Origin: Obrimoposthia wandeli
Lineage: Eukaryota
NCBI GenBank assembly: GCA_977020255.1
Contig: CDROCS010000376.1
Span: 372,001 to 436,000 of the forward strand
Reading direction: 5' to 3'
Length of the DNA: 64,000 bases
Shown: positions 37,724-48,000 of the stretch, in pieces
Layout: each line of letters opens with the position of its first letter
Numbering within the stretch: position 1 is the first letter of the stretch
Translations under genes and position numbers: made by a program
The notes under the pieces: generated by a model
What the model was told of the DNA's origin: nothing
Seen by the model: the letters and a program-made list of their open reading frames with translations, nothing else
The model's database searches: none

Positions 37724-38370
37724 TTATTTTTTATAATTGTTCTCTATTTGTTTATAAACAGTTACTCCCTTAGATTTAAATATGTCTGTTAAAACACGTA
37801 AATCATCTGGGCAAGCTTCTGTAAAGTCAATAAATATATACCCATGTGCTTGTTTAGCAGCATCGTGGAATGAATCAACTAGAAAGTTCTTATTTTGAGG
37901 AAATGCCTGTCTGGCCACAAAATCAACAACTGTTTGATCTCTAGGATTTTTAAATAAAACTAAGTAATGTACATTAAGATTTCTTGTTCTATGATGACCT
38001 CCTGGTGAAACAGATTTTGAGTGATAAATATAACTGTTACTTCACGATGTCTTGCAATCTTTGTAAATAAATTATTAAAGTCCGATTCCTTGTTAGCCTC
38101 CTCATACAAATCATCAATTATTATTACATCTTCTTTTTTCAATCTTTCACACCAATTTGCATCAAATCCTTCAATAAATTTTATACCCTTCAACTTGCAA
38201 ACTTCTGTTTTGGTTAACCCGCTTTCCCCTCCTCCACCATGATGCCAATAAATATTTTTGAAACTAGATTTGAAAAGAGATTCATTTTGCAACAATTTAC
38301 AGACGAAATTTGTCTTTCCACTTCCACTTGGGCCAACTATTTGAAATACAGCATTATTATTTAGCTCCAT
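37724..38370 (-). CDS. FtsK/A32-like genome packaging ATPase; one frameshift near 37997
   Basis: GPSGSGKT (Walker A), IIIDDL (Walker B), ARH..IFITQNLF. Continues in another frame as GGHHRTRNLNVHYLVLFKNPRD..HGYIFIDF..LRVLTDIF. Confidence 0.92.
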
Positions 38371-38407
38371 TGCATATACTCTTTCATTTTTAATATTGTT
38401 TATATTA

Positions 38408-38680
38408 TCATAGAAGTTTCCTTATTGAAATGTACAATGTTAGAGCTATTGTAGATGAAATACAAAAATTAATTAATGAATATTTGACTATAATTTTATT
38501 TATTTGTGTACGAATTCTAAATTCTCGAATAACGTGTGATCTAACCAATATTTCAATGTTATCTCTTGTTATATCATTATTTTTTAATTCTGATAAAATT
38601 TCTTTACCCCTTATTTTTCCAGAAAATATTTCATCGGCAAGCCGATCCACTTCATTGTCTCTATTTATAGTATTATTCAT
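38408..38680 (-). CDS. Hypothetical 90-aa protein with C-terminal hydrophobic segment
   Basis: Intact ORF between the ATPase and TBP-like genes in the same orientation. Ends YSLINFCISSTIALTLYISIRKLL. Confidence 0.5.
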   Translation of the reverse strand: MNNTINRDNEVDRLADEIFSGKIRGKEILSELKNNDITRDNIEILVRSHVIREFRIRTQINKIIVKYSLINFCISSTIALTLYISIRKLL

Positions 38681-38708
38681 TCAAAACAATAAGTTTAAAC
38701 GGGTTTGT

Positions 38709-39208
38709 TTATAGAAAAGATAACAAGATGTAATAAGATATATTTTCTAAAATCAAATCAACAATGTCTGGATAATAAAAATTTTTCAATCCCAATATCA
38801 TAACTTTACCACTGGAAAATATATTTACACATAGCGGTTTAAACTTCAAATAACTGAGAGCAGGAAATATTTCTGGTTCAAACATGCATTCTTCTTTCAT
38901 TTTCTCTGCAGTTTTAAAAAGATTTATCTGTTTTCCGAGATTAGCCGAAATCGTGATTGATTGTATTGCAGTGATTTGAATTCCAAATGGTAAATTGAAC
39001 CCAAGCATTGGTATTTTGCATCCCATAACACGACAATTTCCTAAAGAATTCAATATGAAAATAAAATAAAAAACTAACCTGTAGGAAAAATAACAACTGT
39101 GAAATTGTCAAACCTTTCTACATATTGTCTCGGCTTCCATTCATTGAATGGTAAGTACGAAACATCATCTTCTGTTCTACCTTTATAATTTATATTTACG
39201 AGTTTCAT
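38709..39208 (-). CDS. TATA-binding-protein (TBP)-like protein, 153 aa, 2 exons
   Basis: Exons 39208-39079 and 39040-38709, 38-nt GT-AG phase-1 intron. Repeat 1: MKLVNINYKG..TVVIFPTGNCRVMGCK. Repeat 2: IQSITISANLGKQINL..FEPEIFPAL..PLCVNIFSSGKVMILGLK. Compare TBP QNIV..LIFxSGKxVxTGAK and YEPELFPGL..LIFVSGKVVLTGAK. Confidence 0.85.
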
Positions 39209-39487
39209 TAGACTAAAATTGTATTCTGTAAAATCTTCTTTATATATGTCTGAACCTGCTATTTTATTGCACGTTTCTTGTAATTATCTTGCAAACCTAT
39301 TATAATTGGATGATATATTTCTTCCAATCAATTTTGATTTTTAATATAGATTTAGTCCAATCAAATTCAATGCTTTAGTTATATTAACCAATGAGATTCA
39401 TGTCTTTGTTAGAAATTAGTATAAAAGAATGCGCCATTGGAGGACAAATCACAGTAAATGCATTCATATCAAAGACAATTATCAACG
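39209..39487. promoter_or_regulatory. Divergent promoter between the TBP-like gene and paralogue pair
   Basis: CCAAT at 39324, 39357 and 39388 (33/31-bp spacing), ATTGG at 39305 and 39436. TATA on - at 39239-39246 and TATAAAAG on + at 39420. Conserved in the inverted copy at 57090-57320. Confidence 0.65.
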
Positions 39488-39934
39488 ATGGACGATAGCC
39501 AACGGGTATTAAGCGATGACGAAGAAATGTTTGAAGAATCGGATAAGGATATGTATGAAGAAGTGAAACAATATTTCAAATACAAAGTCAGATTCTTGAA
39601 GAAGGCTCAACTGATTGCTTTAGTAAATCCTGTGACAATTGAAAGAAGAAAGTTCAGCTACTATATATCAGGTATTCAAAAACCTGATTTTCAAAATCTT
39701 AAACAGAAAATAGAAAAGGCAGTTCCAAATTTTACTTTCAATAAGAACGAATTTTATATCTGAGGAGCCGATGAAGCATTTCTAGATGACTATGGAAGAT
39801 ATGTTGATATTGATGCGTTTCCGAAAAAGAAGCAATGGACTCTAACAATTCGACTTTATGGTTACAAGAAAGATGAAATGGGGACAAAGTTGCCTATGTG
39901 GAAAATTGAACGTGCTCATATTTCTATGTTTTAA
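39488..39934 (+). pseudogene. Accessory gene D1 (paralogue of 40068-40472); one in-frame TGA at 39761
   Basis: The frame continues past the TGA: GADEAFLDDYG..WTLTIRLYGY..PMWKIERAHISMF*. Aligns along its length with the next ORF. Confidence 0.75.
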
Positions 39935-40067
39935 CTTTTGTGTGTAATAAATTGTAATCGGTTTTACTATGTTTCTTTCATTTAATAATCAGTTTTATTT
40001 GTATCTTATTTGTATCTTATGTGTATTTTTTATAAACATTGTTTTTAATCAGTTTCCTTATTTTAGA

Positions 40068-40472
40068 ATGGATAAGAGATGTGTAGCAAATTTTTATTAT
40101 CCAGAAAGAATTTCAAAAAGAAAACTATGTAATATATTAAAGAGGCATCAAATTATACGAATTATGAATCCTGTGAAAATATCAAAAGTGGAGAAAGAAT
40201 ATCTCATCGAAATTTTAACAACAACTGATTTTGATCAACTGAAAAATATTTTGGGATTTTACATTCCTGATTATGTATATGAAGGAAATTGTTTCGAGCT
40301 TGAAACTGATCCCAGTCTGGATTTTAAAGATGATCTAGGATATTTGATTGCCCCAATTCTAGATGAAGAACTATGGAATATCTCAATACGTCTCAATGGA
40401 TATTTTGCTGATGACGGGAAAATGCAGCCTCTCTGGACTTTGAGTGAAGCCAATATGTTGTTTTATGTTTAA
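40068..40472 (+). CDS. Accessory gene D2 (paralogue of 39488-39934), function unknown
   Basis: MDKRCVANF..ILKRHQIIRIMNPVKI..DFDQLKNIL..FKDDLG..WNISIRLNGY..PLWTLSEA. The ATG is preceded by ttttag, so an upstream exon is possible. Confidence 0.75.
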   Translation: MDKRCVANFYYPERISKRKLCNILKRHQIIRIMNPVKISKVEKEYLIEILTTTDFDQLKNILGFYIPDYVYEGNCFELETDPSLDFKDDLGYLIAPILDEELWNISIRLNGYFADDGKMQPLWTLSEANMLFYV

Positions 40473-40730
40473 TAAATATTTTGAAAAATAATTTTGTCTC
40501 GTATTTTGTTTTTGCTCCTCTAAATTATATAGATCTGACCGATTTCTCTCCTCTAAATTATAAAACTGACCTAGATATTTAACATGTAGTAATTTATTAA
40601 TCTAAAATCCGGGGTCAATATGGATTCTCGTGGTCTTCTCTAACCACTTTTGAGATTCATGGTAAAAGTTTAACAAATATGGTGGGGGGTTACCCCTTCC
40701 TTCCCCCTTTGGGTGGAATGGAGACATACA

Positions 40731-40807
40731 TACACGAAATTTCACTCCACACACCTACACGGTTTTAAAGGACAGGGGGGGGAGGGGGGTTGTGGATTAG
40801 ACCGGAT
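40731..40807 (-). repeat. Right terminal inverted repeat (13 nt missing just inside the terminus)
   Basis: tacacgaaatttcactccacacac..ggttttaaaggacag..gtggattagaccgga-t. Lacks cacatccacctac relative to the left TIR. Confidence 0.9.
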
Positions 40808-41779
40808 GATTATGAATATATTAAACATCAACAAATGTATTATTTAAATATCTATGAACATTTTTAAAGTACATGCTCATGTATTTATGATTTTAGTGAA
40901 AGTTTATTAGATCGCATTAGATTCCAGTGCATCTAAATGCTGAATATTATTCTTTTATTTAATTCTTAATAATTGCTGTTAATTTTGCAACATTTATTAA
41001 AAAGAAACCACCATGTGTTTGTTATGGTAGAAATTTGGCCCAAATTATTGATTAATTTTCAACATAAAAATTGTAGAATTTATAATTATATATACATTTG
41101 AAGGAAAATAGAGAAAAATCCGAAATCAAAGAAGTTACTTTTCAGAGATAAATTTACGTTTAATATTCGTTTCTTTTCAAATTTAAATCGTAATTCCAAA
41201 CCAATGAATATTTTTTCTATTTTCTTAGTTTATTTATCGATTTTTTCGATATTAATATTTTTATTTGTTCTTACCTCAGAAAACTAAAAAATTAGAAATA
41301 AAAAAAAATATATATATATTGATTAAATTTATTTATACAGTAGGTCCGAAAATTCTGACAAATATAAAGAGAAAGAAAATTTTAAAAATTATTTTCTGCG
41401 ATTAATCAATACTTGAATTTTAAAATTCCACATTTAATGAAGCTCCATTGGCAGCCGATCATTACCAGAATTGAATTCAAGATCCTACTTATTATCAAAA
41501 AGAAGTATTCTCCCACTAAATCCCAAATATTTATATGATCTTCTCGACTCTAGAAAATAACTGCAGATTGGCCTATAAATTCTCAAATAACAAACAGAGT
41601 GATGAAAGATTTGAAATCGATACTCAGAATCTTTACAAAAATTTACCGATGAATGCTTTATTATTCAGATATTAATATGAAGAATTATTGAAAATCGTAA
41701 GCACCTTTGAGTAATAAATCATAGCTTTGTAAGATATTAGCGCTGCATTAAATATATCATTGTTATTGTTTGAAATGTA

Positions 41780-41990
41780 GTCCGTCACATTCTTCATTCT
41801 TTAGATTTGACCACACTTTATTACTTTTGGGGCATGTTAAAAGAAGTTGTTCACGAACAACAATCGAGCTGAGAAAACCGTATTTTCAATGCCAAATTCT
41901 AACCAGCATTTTTAAATTATGGAAAAATATTACTTCTTGTCTATACATGAGTAGGGACCAATTTGAACACATTTTAAATATTCTTGAATG
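41780..41990 (+). mobile_element. Tc1/mariner transposase C-terminal remnant
   Basis: S-LDLTTLYYFWGMLKEVV..RIFNA..DQFEHIL (cf. SPDLTPLDxFLWGxLK..GGQFEHLL). Confidence 0.7.
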
Positions 41991-42939
41991 AAAAACAAAC
42001 TCAATCTGCAGAGAAGTGGAGTAAAAACCTTTTAGAATGACATAATGCTTATATTTCGTAATTAAATCTCAAGTAGTTTGAAGTATTAAAATCAATTTAC
42101 CTCCAGTAAAAATATTGTTTCTGAATAGAAATTATAAATCTAAACGATAAGTAACCAATTTTTTAAAACAGGAACCTTGTGTTGTGTTGCTTACAAGTTT
42201 TTAATGTGAATAGCAATTTTATTATTTCACTATACGACAATTTTACAGTCGATATGTAGATTTATTGGCTAACCCGAATGAGTGTGTTTAAGTTACTATA
42301 ATGCGCCACAATAGATAATTATCATCAGCATGATGCTCATTTATGAAATACAATGGACGTTTCTAGCGCACTCGCGTCTACAAATATCCTTGTTTGAAGG
42401 TACATGCGTAAAATCTTTTAAATTTTTTACCCTTCAAAAATATACGGTAAATTATGTTTCTTAAACATTGATTTATTTTCATCTAAAATCTTCTTTACAT
42501 ATTCAACTTGTTAATCCGGTATCTTTACAGTTGGTCTGCTTGATCCCATTTTCGCCTTATATAGTACCGGACAGTTGAAATTCAACAATGGTAAAAAATT
42601 ACAATATTTTATTTTTAATATTTATTAGGATTTAAATTATAAAAAATTTAGTATAAAACTAATTTAAATTTTTTTTAATTACTTGTTATATAATATTCAA
42701 TCGATTAATTTATTAATTATTATAGGAATTAACACCTATTATACAATAATAACAAGTAAATATTTTATTGAGTTATTATGTCATACGTCAATAGAAATTC
42801 AACGTGCGTTAAAAAATGATTTAATTACCAATAAAATTAAAATGATTAATTAATAAGCAAAAGGCAAGTAATTTTATATAAATATTATATTAACAATATC
42901 TTTATTGACATTTATTTATTAATACTTTTAATATTCTTC

Positions 42940-43435
42940 CAGACATGCAGCTTTCTAATTAAATCACCAGAGATCTCGTGAAAAACTTCATTTGCATCCG
43001 TTTTGAGATCTGAAATTGTTTTTGGGAATCTTTCTCGAACTTTAGCCTTGAAAATGGCCCAAATATTTTCTATCACATTGAGATCAGCAGATCAAGGAGG
43101 GTAATTAGCAACAGTTTGTATATTGTTGTTTACTAAAAATTGTAATGTTTGCCTAGATACATGTGGTCTAGCATTATCTTGAAGCAAGTAATGATGGGAA
43201 TAGGTATTTATATAATTTTGTTCCAAAATATTGCTGTTTATTCTATCTCCTTATATCCATATTTTACCATATTTTCGTATTGTAGTAGTAATGAAATAGA
43301 TCAGTACGCTGCCTTTCTTTAGGGCTGTGCATTATAAAAAATAATCTTATTATCGATAGATTTTCGGTATGATAATGTAACTGAACTAGTAGTAGCCGGG
43401 GAGGCTTGTTCCTTTGAGCTAGTACCAACACTATA
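42940..43435 (-). mobile_element. Tc1-like (DD34E) transposase remnant with terminal sequence at 43404-43435
   Basis: LQDNARPHVSRQT..NYPP*SADLNVIENIWAIFKAKVRERFPKTISDL. Terminus reads TATAGTGTTGGTAC on the - strand. Confidence 0.8.
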
Positions 43436-44111
43436 GGGCCTTAAAAAGTCTATATATAGTCATTTTTAGACAGAATGTCGTTAAAATGCCTTAAAATGTC
43501 TCAATATCGCGCATACTAACTCAAGGCAATAGGTCACCCCCGAGGGTACCTTTTACTGAAAAACCATTTTGGCGTTGTATGCGTGATTTCAAGACCATTT
43601 TCAAATAGGGCGCTATATATTTTACCGTTTAAAACAAAAGTAGATGAAGTAGATTTTAAGTGACCAAAGTCTCCATTGTGGAGCCTCCTAAGAGAGCCCT
43701 TCATCCGAAGGCCGGGCAGCACCTTTGGCAAAGATTATATTTATATTACTTTTGTTTATAATAAACCTTTAACCTTGAAAAAGACAAATAATAAAATCAA
43801 TTAATTATTTATTCATATGATAAATAACACTAAAATAAAATCAATAAATCATTTATTCATGTGATACTTTGATGGTAATGATATTGAAAAATTTATTCTT
43901 GGTGCAAAAAGCACATAACATAACTAAAGTACCTAGAGTCATCATGCTGAAATGATTTTAAAACTAAAGTGTTTCGATTATATAAAAACCTAACTTCAAT
44001 ATAATTGGTCAACTAATCAAAATATTCCTATATAATAAATAAAGCGATTAAACACAAAAGTTGTATTAATATTTACAAGTGAATGAGTGTGTGTACAAAT
44101 GATGACATGGG

Positions 44112-44143
44112 GCTTGTTCCTTTGAGTTAGTACCAACACTATA
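44112..44143. repeat. Second copy (direct, 708 bp apart) of the 32-bp Tc1-like terminus at 43404-43435
   Basis: gcttgttcctttgag(c/t)tagtaccaacactata occurs at both positions. Confidence 0.8.
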
Positions 44144-44399
44144 TACTACTTGAACTGTTTTGTAATTTATAATATGGTGCAAAAATATGTGTCAATTTAA
44201 TTTCTCTATATATATGTTAAAACATTTTAAATTTTTATACACACTGAATACATTTATTCATTAATATATTTGATTTAATTTTTTAGAGAAAATATCATTT
44301 TAAAGACAACGCCATTGTTGCAGAAAGGAGCGGAAAAGTCTATTCTATGGATGATATCTCATATACAACTTATTTCGTTCAAAAACAACCATGTTTATA

Positions 44400-45040
44400 T
44401 AAAACTTTACAAAGTCCTTCAGGAAATCTATTAAAAATTGTTAATCTCGCTTTGTTCAGTCTCCTTCCATTCATAAAAATGGATTTGGATAGTTCATCAT
44501 TGAGCTGTATCTTGCTATATTATAATATATTCGATGTGTTAGGATACCCCACATGTTCTCCACGATGTTTAGGTCTGGGGACCTGGCTGGTCAGTCAATT
44601 GTACGAACTCTAGAATCATTTCATCGCACATTATCTGGCTGGAAATAAGTTGATTCACGGGGAAAATTGTTCACCAAATTCTCCAAAGAATATCTATGTA
44701 TTTATTTGAATTGAGTAACCAGATACAACAGCTACATACTTTATAACTGATCGCCACATACCACATCATATCAAAATTCCTTTACAAATTGAATCTGCCT
44801 TTTGGCTTAGTTCTTGAGCTCTGGGATCATGCCAGTAATACTTATTGTAAATATTTCCCTTCATTGAAGATGGAACTGTTCTCAAATTCTGATCTTTTTA
44901 ATAGTTTTTCTTTTAAAACTGCTGCTTTGCATTCTCTAAAACGCTTAGTTTATGAATTAACCTTTACAAATAATTCTTTTATAGTGTTCTTTCTTACATA
45001 CTGTCTATCTTCTACAACAATTTTTAAGATCTTTACCGTA
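44400..45040 (-). mobile_element. Tc1/Tc3-like transposase remnant
   Basis: YFQPDN..PARSPDLNIVENMWGILTHRIY on the - strand, with several stops. Confidence 0.8.
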
Positions 45041-48000
45041 TGTTAGAAGTGATTCAAGAAATTAAATAAAATAAAAATACTCTTTTTGAAATTTATTCAA
45101 TATTGTCACTTTTTTTAGCAACAGACAATTATTAGTTTAAAATAAAATTATTTATATAGATTAAATCAAAATGAAGTAGAAATTTATGAAGTATTTATTA
45201 AAATCTAATATTATGTTATAATTAAAAAGTTATTGAGAATATCTGAGTTGTCACATATTTTTGTTTCGGGCATTATATTTTCAAAAGCTTTGTAGGGAGA
45301 ATATTTTCATTTTGAAAATATGTATAGAAAAAGTTTTAGAAACGTTTCTGATAATATCTTTCAAATGTATGTGTAGAAAATTAGTATGCAAAGAGATTTT
45401 ATAATGTTGAAAATATGACAAGTGTAGTGCTCTCGATAATGTTAAGCAAGGCTTCTCTAAGATAGCCTCAGATTGAACTCTTCTTCCTTCACTACTAATT
45501 AGAAGCAAATACTCAGACGAGTCTCATAATGTTTCTCGATGTCCTTCACAGTACATCACCTCAAGTGACACACGACCTTAACAAGCGTATCGACTATCGA
45601 ACTGGCTGGTCAGTGCTGTCCTGCATTGCACCTGGACACATTTTCCTCCCCATGATATTGTTTCCGATCAATTGTCACTTCTCTTTCTTCGTCTTCTTCG
45701 TCTACTCTGCTATTGACGTTGCTTGTGTGGTAAACTCTCTACTACGGCTTTTCTACAATGCGGCTTCTATGCTAGAAGCACGTCTATTGTTCCGCGATGC
45801 ACAATTTCTGCACTCCTGTGTCTGCTGTATCCAATGGCGTTGACACAGCAACTTCATCGCCACCCTAGAGAGCGATCTATGAACTATGTTGCGTATGACA
45901 TAGCTTGGATGAAATGTACACAAACAAAACGACTAATTGTACGCATTATATTTTCTAAACCAGAACGTTTTGATGTGTCTTCTGAATTCTTCAATATTGT
46001 TACACTTTCTCATCGCTAATGGTAAACTGTTGTGAAACTTGGAATTTCGATTTCTAAATGTTTATACAAATGTCGATTTGACTTTAAAACTAAACCATTT
46101 TGAATCAATAAAACCATTTTATATTCTTATTTGTATATTTTTGCATTACATGTTGTCAAATTTGATGTTTTTGTACGCAAGATTTGAAAGAAAAGATTCA
46201 GTATTTAATGCATCAACCTACTACAAAGGAACTGACACTGGTTTTATTTTAAACTTCATACAGCTTCAATGACAACTCGTAAAATATCATTTTAATAAAA
46301 GACTTTGTTTATAGAGTTTGAGGTTGATTACGAAAAATTACGATTGTTGATACAGACTTGATTAGACTTAAAAAGGGATATAAATAATCTTTTATCAAGA
46401 AACAAATACGTTTTGTTAAAAATAAGTTTTATTTATTCGGTAAAAACAAAACCTTGGGTGAAATTATTCATAATAATGATCGTCCCATATTCCCCAAGCT
46501 TTCAATAGTTTAAAACGATTATAAAGAAATCTTTCACAAATTCTTTTGACTTGAAGTTTTCTATCTTTTATAACTTGATGAGCTGCGAAAACAGTAGTGA
46601 GCCTTTTTCTATTGATGAGTTTGTGGTCATTCAAAAATAACAGAATTATTTTGATAGAACAGCGTGTGAGTCTTTGTGTATTTAAAAAGAAATTATTCCT
46701 TAAACATACATAAGGATTTCCTAAAACGGCTAAAAATATTTTTGTATGCTGTCAGCATCTATAATGACACACATTAAAGATTTAACAAAGTATAGATGAT
46801 GGGATTTCATAACTGAAACATTTTAATCGGAGTATTAAATTTTTTTTTTTTCAAATAAAAAAAAATTAAATTCTAAAAATTAAATTCTACAAGTTCATTT
46901 TTAACATTGTTTTACTATTTTATATACATGTTGAATCGTAATTTTGTGTATAAAAATAATTTCAAACCACATCAAGATCTCAAATTTCCGACAAGCTGGA
47001 TTTTTTAAAAAATCATAATAAGCTAACACATTTATACTAGAAATATGCTATTTCGTAAAGGAAAAAAGGAAAAAATCATTATTTGATACACAGTGATTTG
47101 TAGAATAAGAATAGTGCTAAAAGTTTATTAATATTTCAGAATATTAGTGTTTAATACCAGAGAGCGGATTTTCTGTATTTCAGAAAATTCAGTTTTTATA
47201 TAAGATTTTGAACTAAATTCTTCGTTTTAAAAACTATTCATTAAATTAACGAAATGCGTTCAAATTAAATCCAAACACACACAAAAATACAGTGTTGGCC
47301 AAATAAAATAAAACATCAAAACAACTTAGCAATATTTTCCTTTTAAATTTTGATTTATCTGCACAAAAAGATGTTACATCATAGGTTCTTTGGTGAGTCG
47401 ATGTCGACAAAAAGTAAATATTTCTCGATACGAGCTGAAACTTTGTTCTACATTCAACGATTTTCAAGTCGAAATTAAATTATTTGAATACGATGAATGT
47501 GTACCAATTTTTATGCAATTGTGACAAGGAATTTACAATTATACATTAATCTTTACCGTTCAAAAAAATCTACTTACGACTAGAAACTATTTTATAAAAT
47601 TATTCTGCGGCTAAGGTCATTTCGAGTTTTTTGAGTATGTCGATTCCGAATATAATATTCATAACTTTATTGTTTTATGTGATTATATCTTGCATGTATG
47701 TGATATAATTGTCGATGGTAGTTGGTAAATAGGAAAAAATATACTATGTACATACTTTGGTCAAAATATTTTCACTGTTTTCACTATTAATGTTATCGGC
47801 AAACTGTCCCTTAAGTACATTGAAGCTGAAACTTGGTGGGAATACCTCATTCTTTGATCATGTCATATTTTTATAACTATATTGTGGAAGCAGAAAATAT
47901 CGATTTTTTTAAACTTTTTATGTGTCTTATGAAATTATTTTTTGTGGTCCTCTTGTCATTTCATTAGTACTTCGCTTCATAGTTTTTTCTACGTCAAAAA

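Larger units (their letters stand above)
23502..40807. mobile_element. Near-complete Polinton/Maverick (endogenous polintovirus), 17.3 kb
   Basis: TIRs at both ends, AG-starting terminus (AGTAGG), and flanks AATTAT (23496-23501) / GATTAT (40808-40813) forming an imperfect 6-bp TSD. Encodes pPolB, protease, MCP, penton, integrase and ATPase. Confidence 0.97.

Noticed and set aside
38430-38714. 94-aa + strand ORF
   Set aside because: Antisense shadow of 38408-38680. The local gene cluster is on the - strand.
45500-46270. Possible MADF/Myb-like Harbinger ORF remnant; also weak Tc1/mariner traces at 17200-17330, 46400-46600, 47289 and 60200-60700, and P-element-like traces at 19900-20900
   Set aside because: Only isolated short motifs with no colinear series, which is insufficient to call.
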